NCBI GenBank assembly: GCA_965112735.1
Contig: OZ218953.1
Location: 3,224,001-3,288,000, forward strand
DNA: 64,000 bases
Reading direction: 5' to 3'
Origin: Phaeosaccion multiseriatum
Taxonomy: Eukaryota > Protista > Ochrophyta, other classes
This document shows positions 38,306-52,619 of this stretch, one piece after another. Position 1 is the first letter of the stretch. The number at the start of each line of letters is the position of its first letter. A model generated the notes under the pieces. It saw only the letters and a program-made list of their open reading frames with translations, was not told where the DNA came from and searched no databases. Made by a program: the position numbers and the translations under genes.

Positions 38306-38520
38306 TAGCCTTCCCCAATGAGCTTGCTCTTGTGTTTAGCTCTCGACCGCTCGTACATGCCGACTCAGGATCGACTCCTCTAGGAAGAAAAGGGAGTACC
38401 GAGGGGGAGAAAGGAGAAAGGGTAAGGGGTTTTGCGCCATCTGTGATTGGTGTACCAACACGCCCTCCTTATTTATTTTTTGCTTCTTTTTTCTTTTTTT
38501 ACTTTTGACAAAGGGACGCG

Positions 38521-38656
38521 AAACAGCAGAGTACCGCTGACAAAAGGCAAGACACCTTGCATATAGGAAACAGCAGAGTACCGCTGACGAAAGGCAAGAC
38601 ACCTTGCATATAGGAAACAGCAGAGTACCGCTGACGAAAGGCAAGACACCTTGCAG
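38521..38656. repeat. Minisatellite, ~3 x 47 bp (AAACAGCAGAGTACCGCTGACRAAAGGCAAGACACCTTGCATATAGG)
   Basis: Head-to-tail near-identical copies upstream of the mTERF-like gene. Confidence 0.92.
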
Positions 38657-39127
38657 AAATCTCTCTGTCTGCTGGTCATGTAACACAAAAGTGTACTGAT
38701 GGGCTTTAAGTGTGCTTCTGCAGCACGGGTGGTATTCCGCGAACAGCTACCAACCCTCCTCCCCTGCGACTAAAGTCCTCCTCTTAAACAACCCTCACTC
38801 GCTCATTGCCCCCCCCCCCCCACACTCCCCCCTCTCAGCCCCCCCCATCCCCTCCACCTAACTGTCTAATCCCTCGGCAATTCCCGGTCACCCACTCGCC
38901 CTTGCTCTATATGCCGAAGCACTCACTCACTCACCCCCTCCCCCCCCCGAGTGTTCATGCTCTTGTTCCTGACTGTTGTTACTGTGGATGACGGATGCTA
39001 TGGTTGGTGCGGTGCTTGCCTCGCCTCACTGCTTGTTCCGCCCTTCCACTTGCTCTCCTCCATGTATCCACTACGGATAAAAAGACACGCATACTAAATG
39101 CATGCGTCTTCCACTTGTGCTGCTTCC

Positions 39128-39160
<33 letters not shown>

Positions 39161-39619
39161 GGCTGCGGCTCCTGGTCTTCCACAGCACCTCCACCAGTTT
39201 GGCCCCTTCCCCCACCCCACTCCCCACCCTGCCCACCACCCCCCCTCCATCCCTTGAGGCGATTGTGATTCGTGTCCTCAATCCCCCAATTCCCACCCCC
39301 TCTCGTCTCTCGGGTGCCCCCTCTCCTTCCCTGCATAGCTGGACGAGGCCCATTCACCCCCAATTGTGTCCGCACTTGCTCCTCCCGTTTCTTCCTCCTC
39401 CCGCTGCTCGCTCACTGACCATCAAAGAGGTGGGTTGCTGCGCTCTCTCTCTCTCTCTCTCTCTCTGGGGCGTAGATCCGTGAGAACTCCACTCCGCATG
39501 CTGTGCCCAGAGCCACACTGCAGTGCCAAGCACACCTCGACACACACCAGAGCGCAGAGCAGCACGATACCGGCGAGCCTCGCCATTCCCCCACCTTCGC
39601 CGGCCGCGAATTTACCCCA

Positions 39620-42042
39620 TCAAAGAGAGGGGAAGGCAGCCTCGTCTCCAACGTCAATGTCTGCCCCTGGGCGGTTGGCGCCGAAAGTCCTTGCTCCTCC
39701 AGCCGCGTAGCCGCCTCCGCCTCCTCCTCGGCCTCCGCGGTCACCGCCGTACCCTCCGCCTCCTCGGCCACCCCTGTCGCCTCCGTCCCTGTCGCCACGT
39801 CCCCCTCCACGTCCCCCGCGTCCTCCTCCCCTGCCCCCGCCGCGGCCTCCTCCTCCTCCTCCGCTCTCCATGGGCGGTGCGCGGAAGCCCACGTCCTTAA
39901 ACTTGGTCCTGGTGCTCGAGCGCTGCGCCTTGGACTCCTTCTTACCACCCGCTAAGGTCTGTCACGCCATGTGCAGAGAGAGGGGTGGGGAAAAGAGGGG
40001 GTGGGGTTCAGAGTGAGGTAGTGGTGCGGAAAAGCTGGGCGAGGAGTATGAGCAGAGTACGATAGAATGCAAGTTTTTTTTCTTTAAGGTTGAAGAAAGG
40101 GTTGACTGTGCTTGTGAAATTGAGAGGGTGAGTGCGCCGAGCGTTGAGGCGTGAGAGTGAGAAAGGGAGAGAGTTGAGTACAGACCTTTCCACCAGAGGT
40201 CATGTACACATCCGTGGGCGCAACCTCCTTCTTCTTGAGCTGTCCGGACGAGAAGTCCGACACCTCCACAGTCTTGACGCTGCCCGAGGCCAAGATGGAG
40301 TCGAGCTCCTCTCGCTCGGAGGCCTTCTGGGCCTCGTACTCCTCGAGGGTGAGCTGAGGGACCTGTGAAGTGTGTGTGGTCAGGTGAGGTGAGGTGAGGT
40401 TAGGAAGGGAACAGCCACACAAAGGCACAGGGAGGGGAGGGCGGGGTGGGCGGGGAGGAGTGAGCAATGCAGAGAAGAAGGGGACACGCGAGCACCTGCC
40501 GAGTCAAGCTTGTACAGACATGCCGCCCGACACCAGGCCCACGCGTGCTCGACGAACATCGCCTCTGACTTGCAATAAGAAAAAAATTAAAAACAAGAAA
40601 TAACAAGCCCCCTCCACCTTAAGCTCTGCTCCAGAGTTGTGCTCCCCTCCCTTCCCCTCTTCCTCCCTCCCTCACCTCGGGCTCCTCCTCGACCTCGGGC
40701 TCAACGTCCTCGGCGCGCTGTCCTCCCGCCACTCCGTTCTCATCGGCGGTGGTGCCATCCTCACCGGTAGCCGCCACTCCTCCGAACTCTCCCCCCGTGC
40801 TGCCGGCGGCGGCGTCGTCATCGTTGCCCCAGTTGTGCGCTCCGCCTCCCTCCTTCTTCCCCTCCCGGCCCCTGCCAGTGCCCGAGCGGCGGTCGTAGCC
40901 CTCGCGTCTGTTGGATGGGCCGCCGTAGCCTCCACGTCCACCGCGTCCGCCGTGGGTTGAGCGGCTGTTTTGTTTTGTTTTGTTTGGGAGAGTGTTTGAT
41001 TGTTGAAGAGAAGCACAAAAGCGGGAGGGAGGGAGAAAAAAAAAGGCGTGAGCAGACAAGACAGGATCAAGAGATCGCTCGTTGCATTATCAGCATTCAT
41101 GGTTAGAGCACAAATCCTCCTCCAAAGCCTTTCCTCGTCCGATCAGAAGCGCAATACAAACACACACGCCGAAAGAAGATTTGTGTGGAGGAAGGACGCG
41201 AAAATAGTGGGCCAAACTCCCGTAGCAACTTACTGTCGGTCCTCCTTGTTGGCGTCCCCACCGGCCATGCCTGAGTCTCCCTGAGGTCTCCCCCGCCCGC
41301 CTCCCCTGTCCCCGCCATCCCTGTCTCCGCGGCCCCCTCCCCGCCCGGCCCCTCGTCCTCCACCCCTCCCTCCTCCTCCTCCTCCGCCACCAGAGGCAGC
41401 AGCAGCAGGGGCGGCCGGCTTCTTATCGCGGGGCTTCTTGGCCTCCTTGGCCTTGGTGGGCGCCTTGGTCACCTTGGGGGTGTCGTCCTCCTCATCGGAG
41501 TCGAGGGCGGAGAAGGGGTTGAAAGAAGACTGGGAAGGGGGGGAGGGCAAACCGAGCATGTAAGGGGGCAGGAAGGCAGGACCGACCAGAGTGGATAGGA
41601 GGATAGCGGCAGTGGATAAGTGAATTGATAGCAAAGAGGGGTGCATGGGACCAGTGGACGGCACGCAGAAGAGCAGCATGGACTGCCGGGCCATAGTATC
41701 CGAGAGAACCGAGGAAATGCGAGAACGCAAGACGACGCTCTTGTACCGCCTGCTCTTCCAAGCCACCATTCCCGAGATTCACCCTCGCACGTAAAGCGCC
41801 TTGCTACAAACACACGGGCATATGCAACCCTCTCCCATGCCCTCACCCCCGCCCAGCACCACACCCATCTTTGCTGTCCACAAGATAGCCCTTCCCTGCG
41901 CAAGAGCACACCCCTGCGCCTTCTTCAACACACGCGTAGAGATGTGTCAGGCATAGCCAAGCCAGCTGCTTCTCCGCAGCTCCCCCTCCTCTTCTCGCCT
42001 TGCTCCCTCAATCACCCGCCAATGCACCCCCTCACTCACCAT
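39620..42042 (-). CDS. SERBP1/HABP4 (Stm1-like) RGG RNA-binding protein; first coding exon is ATG only
   Basis: CCCAATG|GTGAGT...CAG|TCTTCTTTC gives MSSFNPFSALDSDEE; RREGYDRRSGTGRGREGKKEGGGAHNWG; LTLEEYEAQK; C-terminal DEAAFPSL*. Confidence 0.88.
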
Positions 42043-42494
42043 TGGGTCTTGGTGCTGCTGCTGTAGAACGACTTACTTAGTGTGGGATTGAGGGGCCCAC
42101 CTCCCTTTACGTGCGAGGTCAGCACACAAGCGTCCGAAGAAAAGAGAAAGATTTGCTGTAGGGCGCGGTAAAGAGGCTTTAGTAGCGTGCTGCTGCTCCA
42201 AATCCAGGTAATCGTAGCCAAGCACTCCACAGAGGCCAATCAACCCCCCGGGAGAAATTCTAGCTGGAACTCAAACTCCTCCGACCGTTACACCATCCAG
42301 CTGGATAAGAGAGGGGTTGCTTTTCAAGACACCCGTTGTTCGTGCCGATACGCAAAGCACTGTGTTCCATGGTGTGGCCACACCAAGGGGCCGTGACGTG
42401 ATCGATTCCTAGGCCCGGCCGCCCTTCCCATTCGGACGCTTCCGAGATGACAATACGCTTCGGCGATGGCTGGAGGCGGACTTCACGTCGAAGA

Positions 42495-45400
42495 ATGTTC
42501 GTCCACTGCTCCTTTTATTTGCTGCTTCTCTCGGCGTGCTGCTGTCGCTGCGCTCGCGCGGCGCCAAGGCCCCTTGAACAGCAGGGCGCATCTTCAGGAA
42601 CCTCAGAACGAGCGGCTGAGGCGGCAAGACAAAGGGCAAGCAGTGGGAGCGCACCTTCAAAGAAGCCAAACATCATCTTCATGCTCGTCGACGACTCTGG
42701 CTGGAACGACTTTGGTTACGCGTCGTCGGACTTAGCCTTCACACAGCCTAACATTGTGAAGGCGGCCCAGGACGGGATCATCTTGGACGCGTACTACAGC
42801 GAGCCGCACTGCACCCCTGCTCGCAGCTCGCTCATGTCAGGAAAATACGCTGTCAATGTGGGCATGACGGTCGGAGACATTCTGGTTCAGAACAACTACG
42901 GCCTGCCCCTCAACGTCGTCACGATGGCCGATCACTTAAAGTCCGCGGGCTACCGCACCCACCAGCTGGGCAAGTGGAACCTGGGCCACCACCGCACCGA
43001 GTACCTGCCGACCAATCGAGGCTTTGACTCATTCACGGGCTTCATGGGGGTGACCCTGGGCACGTACCGGACTCGCAAGGTGCCCAAGACCATCACTGGG
43101 CTCAACGGTGCTTTGGACGGAGTGTGGGACTTGATGCATGGGAACTCCGAGGGACACGGTCCTGTGAGCGGGGCCCGGGAGAACCTCGAGTACTACACCA
43201 CCTACCTCACCGACTTGGCCGTTGGCATCATCGAGACCCACGCTGATGAAGCGGGGGATGATGACCCCCTCTTCCTGTACCTGGCGCATCAGGCACGTAG
43301 TGGGGAGCAACTTGTGGCAGTGAGGTCCGGCTGCTGCCCACACACACACGCACACACACACACACATCGATCGATTGTTTACCAACACCTCAGGCCCTCT
43401 TGCTCCTCAAGCTCCCCCATCCCTTATTCCCTCCAGTCTGTTGCGTTCCTGAGTGAGGGTTAGTGCCAACAACAACACTCAGCACGCATATCATCCAATC
43501 TAATTTGTGTTGGCCTTGCTTGCTTGGTGCAACTCTTCACTTGTTTGTTTCCCCACTGGACTGGCTACAGGCAACCCACGCAGAGATGGAAAGCCCCCTC
43601 GGGACGGACGACCTACCTGGGTTCGCCAGCATCAGTGCCCCCCAGCGAAGGAATTTGGGTGCGATGTGGATAGAGCTCGACTCCTCCTTCGTTAAGATCC
43701 AAAAGACACTCGAGGCCACCGGCATGCTCGACAACACCATCATCGTCATGGTTTCTGACAACGGCGGGTGCCCATCAGAGGGCAGCATGGTGACCCCTTT
43801 ACGCGGAGTCAAGACATCCTTGTTCGAGGGAGGCGTCCACGTTCCGGGCTTTGTGTGGAGCCCCCTGTTGAAGGAGGAGAGGAGAGGAAGCAAGTACAAC
43901 AACCTCATGCATGTAGCGGATTGGCTCCCCACACTCTGGGCCGCAGCAGGGCAGGACGCCTCCGAACTTGATGCCTCACTGGATGGGGTGAATCAGTGGG
44001 CGGCGCTGGCAGAAGGCTCCCTCACTGGAGACGAGGCTCCGAGGACGGAGGCCTTGGTGTCGATGGACGCGTGGACGCAAGAGTGGGAGGAGGAGGAGCA
44101 GCAGTACGTCATGTATCCTGACAAGGGCCCCATGATGGTGGGTGAGGAGAAGAGGGCGAAGGAGGGAAGGCAAGGCGGCGAAGGAGGGGCAGCAGCGGGG
44201 GTCTTGGGCCTCGGGTGTCGGGTGGTCTCGTGTCTCCCTCTCTCCTGTAGGGCTCTCTTATCTCGCCCTCCTTTCCTTCCTTTCCTCTCCCCCCTTCCCC
44301 CCCGTTGTCGGCCGCACCCCCTCCACCTACCACTCCCTCTGGCGGCTGGTCGTCCTCTCCTCACCCCTCTCCCCCCCCCCCCCTTCTGGTTGCTCTCCTC
44401 CGCTCCCCTTGTCTCCCTCTCCGTCCACTGCCATCCCCTCTCCCCCTTCAGGGCTACCGCATGGGCAAGTACAAGCTCATAATGAACCACCCTTGCTTAG
44501 GCTACTACGAAGAGGGGGACGGGGGGGGCATTTCGTGTATGAACCAGCGATCCGCACTGGTGCGTGCGTGCGTGTGTGTGTGTGTGTGTGTGCGTGACTT
44601 GGGTGTGCGTGGCTTGTGTGTCGTGTCTGTGGGTGGGTGGGTATGTGTGTGTCTATGTGTGTGTGTGCGCGCGTGTGTGCGCGCGTGTGTGTGTCTATGT
44701 GTGTGCGTGTGTGCGGTGTGTCTATGTGTGTGCGTGTGTGTACGTGTGTGTGCGTGTGTGCGTGCGTGCGGAAGAGAGGGGCATGAGTTCCCTTTTTTCC
44801 CACCTGTTGTCCTTTTGACCTGATGAGACCGGTTGCTTCTCTCTGCTTCTTTGCTGCTTCTTCGATGCCGAAGGTGTGCGGCATCCATGGAGTGAAAGAC
44901 GTGTGCGCGTCCAGCTCTAACCACCCGCTCCAAGCGGTCGCGTGCGACACGGTGAGCTTGCCTCATTTGCCTGTCTATACTCAGACGAAGGGAAGCAACA
45001 CTTACAGTCCCTTAGAGACGGCTTACAGGGCTTAGGGAGGGCACGGCTTGTGTCTCTGCGTAGCTGACTCTTGTCGCTCTCCTCCTCCTCCTCCTCCTCC
45101 TCCTCCTCCTCCTCTCCCTCCTCCTCTTCCTCCTCGCCCCACCCCCCACTCCTCCTCCTCCTCCTGCTACTACTACTACTACTACTCCTCCTCCCAACAG
45201 AACGTGGAGTACGATCGTCACTTCCTGTTCGACATTGAAGCCGACCCCACCGAGTTCACCAACCTGTGGGACACCTCCGACGACATGCGGCAAGTGGCAA
45301 GCGTCATGAACGCCAAGCTGCTCACCATCCTCCTGCAGGTGCGTGCTTGGCCTGTGAGCTCTGTGGAGTGTAACGATATTCGAGATAGTGAGCGTCGGCT

Positions 45401-46398
45401 CCAGACTGGCCTAGAAGCCTATGCTCTAGGCCCTAGGCCGAGCGGCCTACGCCCGCTCTAGGCCGGCCATTTTTTCTCCCTAGGCCGGCGGTTCTAGGCC
45501 TAGGCCTCGACCTATCTGATTAGTAATTACGGCCGGCGCAGCCGGCCTGATTACTGATTATGACCGGCGCCAGCCGGCCTGAGTACTGATTATGCGCCAG
45601 CCGGGGGCTGAATACTGATTACGGCCGGCGCACACCGTAATCTTCTCCAGGGTCGAAGGGAGGGAGGGAGGGAGGGAGGGAGGGAGGGAGGGAGGGAGGG
45701 AGGGAGGGAGGGAGGGACGGAGGGAGGGAGGGAGGGAGGGAGGGAGGGACGGAGGGAGGGAGGGAGGGAGGGAGGGACGGAGGGAGGGAGGGAGGGAGGG
45801 AGGGACGGAGGGAGGGAGGGAGGGAGGGAGGGAGGGAGGGAGGGAGGGAGGGAGGGAGGGAGGGAGGGAGGGAGGGAGGGAGGGAGTCGACCCTGGACAA
45901 GATCATCTGATTCTGATTACGGCCGGCGCAGCCGGCCTGATTACTGATTATGACCGGCGCCAGCCGGTCTGGTTGCTTACAGCCGGTGACCAGCCGACCT
46001 GATTACTGATTTTGCGCCGGCCGGGGGCTGATTACTGGTTACGGCCGGCGCACACCGTAATCTTGTCCAGGGTCGATAGGCCTAGGCCGGGGGGGCTGCG
46101 CCAAAAATAGGCCTAGGCCGGGGACCTGCGGCCCCCTCTAGGCCTAGGCCGGGGGCCTGCGGCCCCCCTAGGCCGGCCGAATTTCGTCTCTAGGCCTAGG
46201 CTTCTAGGCCAGTCTGGAGCCGATGAGCGTATCGATATCGATTTCGAAAGGGGTTGACCTGAAACTAAAACTGGAACTCCGATCCTTCCACAGGCGCCCC
46301 TCCCGGCCTACAAGTACCCGACCACGGAGGGCATGAAGACGTTGGAGAGGGTGTGGAGGAAGATCGGGGGCTTCGTGTACCCCTGGGAGGCGGCCTGA
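42495..46398 (+). CDS. Arylsulfatase (ARSB-like, FGly-dependent), multi-exon
   Basis: Signal-like N-terminus, KPNIIFMLVDDSGWND, CTPARSSLMSG (CxPxR), GKWNLG, SDNGG, PLRGVKTSLFEGG, HVADWLPT, LFDIEADPTE. Last exon 46294-46398. The start may instead be 42447. Confidence 0.92.
45395..46223. mobile_element. Intronic TCGGC-family TIR element (outer), 6-bp TSD TGAGCG, containing a nested insertion
   Basis: TIR TCGGCTCCAGACTGGCCTAGAAGCCT / AGGCTTCTAGGCCAGTCTGGAGCCGA. TGAGCG occurs at 45389-45394 and 46224-46229. Confidence 0.93.
45507..46076. mobile_element. Nested composite: MITE A (45507-45656) + (GGGA)n (45657-45886) + MITE B (45887-46076), 6-bp TSD TAGGCC
   Basis: TAGGCC occurs at 45501-45506 and 46077-46082. 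MITE B has a 17-bp TIR TCGACCCTGGACAAGAT. MITE A is a directly oriented paralog with a shortened left TIR. Both carry CTGATTAC/GGCCGGCG subrepeats. Confidence 0.88.
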
Positions 46399-46690
46399 GG
46401 ACTAGGCCTGAGGCTCTTCGCACTGCCTCGAGTGAGGAATCGACGCAACTACTACGTTGTATTTTACTTTTGAGTTCTCAATTTGCTATTGAGGCTGACC
46501 ACAGGGTGAGGCGTTTCAGATTATGATTATTCGCAAGCCTCTTTTAGTTTTGATTGACGTTTACGTGTGTAATTGTGTTTCAAAAAAAATGAATGAACAC
46601 ATTAGATGGATGTCGCTAGCTTGTGGAATCCAGTCACATACTTGCGTACCAAAGCCGTCAATGTACTTTGTCATTGTTCATTCGTCTTTG

Positions 46691-50756
<4,066 letters not shown>

Positions 50757-52162
50757 GGGGGCATGGAGGGAGTGGATGAGGAAACATCCATGACACTTCC
50801 TCATCCGCTCGATCTTCACAGATGGCTTGACAGAATTGTGGGGAGGTGGAGGGCGAGAGATGGGGTGAGGTAACAATCTCCCACGCGGGGGGGGGGGGGA
50901 TCCTCCCCAACATAAACCTGTAAAAGTTCGCCACCGGAGAGGACGAGACCAAGATTGGCCAGTGATATATGGTGGGAAAATGCTCGCCCTTTCACTTCCT
51001 TTCCCTTCCCTGCTTCTTTCCCCAAAGAACACGCAAAACACCATGCTGCGATGAGGAACAAGACGGATTAGACTCCTTGACCCGAATAACCATGTAGAGA
51101 ACTTCTTTTTTTGACACTGAGCAGCCAACCAACCAACCGCCTTCCCCTCCACACCCCCTTTCCAAGCCGTGTCTGAGCTCTGCCCTTCTCCCTCGTGCGT
51201 CCGGTCTCTGGTCACGTCGCCTCCTCCCCCCTGTCGGAGCTCTGCAGGCGCTGCTCGTGGCCAGTCAGGCAGTGCGTGTGAAGCCCTAGGGGGATAGGTA
51301 AGTCTCAAAGTACGCTAACCTAGCAGCTCGCACGCTTTCAAGCGAGGAGGTATGGATGGTCAGGCTGCAGTGAAGAAGATCAGTTCACAGTTTGTCAGTA
51401 AGAGACTTACTCGTTTCAGTGTTGACGAAACCCTTATTAGTACCTTTCTGAGCAGCCAATGCTTGCCTCCTCTGCCCCATCCCCTCCCAAGCCGCTGCAC
51501 TCTCAACCGTCGTGACCGAATGCCATGCCCCCACCCTCCCTCCCTCCCTCTCCCGTAGAATGAAGGAGCTGCCACCACTCGGGAAGTGGGGACTCTTGCA
51601 GGGACCATGAGGGTCGGCCAGAGATGATGGAAGTGGCCGTCCCCAGAGGGAGGCGGTTCTTGGCTGCTCAGGGGAAGGGAGGCGTCCACCCATAAGATCT
51701 TCGACGAGTATGCGCCATTACATTAGTGCTGCAGCAGCCCAGCCAGAGAGGCGAAGCAGCACATCCAGCGAGGCCAGCTCTCCGGCCAGCACAGCTGGAA
51801 GAGTCGATGTAGCAGATATCCAGTCAGACAGTCTCGACAGTTTGCAAGAGAGACGATCCACAGTCCGCGAAGGAGGGCACAGGAAGCTGCTCACCAACGC
51901 GAGAGGTCCACTGACGGTGCTGTAGCGTTCACGTCACTATCCCACAGTCTTATCTCCGTCCTGCGTGGGGAGGCACCGCCGCTCTCTCTCGTCTGTGAGC
52001 CTAGCAAAGGGGCGAGAAGAGTAGGCGAAGAGAGCAATGTAGAAGGCGAAGGAGGCATGCCCTTACTCGACTACGACGAGGCGAAGAACAAGAACAAGGG
52101 GGAGGGGAAGGGAGGGGAGGACAGGAGGGGCCATTAGCGACGGATCTTTCGAGCCTCCTGCG

Positions 52163-52502
52163 GTCAAGCGCGCCACTGCTGTCGGTGATTTGATTTTTTT
52201 TATACTCGATTTGCGTAATTGTTTTTGAAGAATCGCCCAAATCGCCCATTTTAGGGATCGGGCGGCAAGGGGGAGTGCTCCTGCGGACTTGCTGAAATCT
52301 AGGAAAGGGAAAAAGCGACGAAAGAGAGAGCGATGGTAGGCATCTCAAAGAGCTACACGAAGAGCTATAGCGCTTCTCCCAGCGTTATTTGCGGAGTTCT
52401 TCCCCGATTTGGGCGATTCTGAGCTTAAATACGAGTGTTTAAACTTAAATTACTTTGGAGTAAAATTAAATAAACGCTCTGACTGGGGCGTGAGTGCTGA
52501 CC
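52163..52502. repeat. AT-rich imperfect inverted-repeat element (possible MITE of a different family)
   Basis: Perfect 16-bp inverted pair AGAATCGCCCAAATCG (52229-52244) / CGATTTGGGCGATTCT (52405-52420), with weak outer complementarity GGTCA...TGACC. No clear TSD. Confidence 0.5.
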
Positions 52503-52619
52503 ACTTACGGCATCAAATGTTCCGCAGCGGAGTTGGTTGGGTGTGTGAACTCTCTTCATTTTCGTTAACTTGTTCGCTCTGTGGATAAGCAAGGACCCTC
52601 CCAAACCTCACCCATCTGG

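Noticed and set aside
37299-38321. 340-aa plus-strand ORF and similar long antisense ORFs (e.g. 1773-2498)
   Set aside because: Shadow ORFs of GC-rich coding sequence on the opposite strand.
38521-38656. 47-bp repeats as a CRISPR array
   Set aside because: Contiguous copies with no unique spacers, no cas genes and a eukaryotic context; this is a minisatellite.
41080-41165. Possible C/D snoRNA in a SERBP1 intron (short terminal stem plus CTGA)
   Set aside because: No convincing RTGATGA box C.
9465-46223. TCGRC MITEs as intron-generating Introner elements
   Set aside because: None coincides with splice sites; they lie in UTR/intergenic DNA or well inside an existing intron.
50757-52150. Upstream extension of the 576-aa ORF and small ORFs at 51352-51925
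   Set aside because: OGFOD1 homology starts at 50756; no recognisable motifs or clear splice structure upstream.
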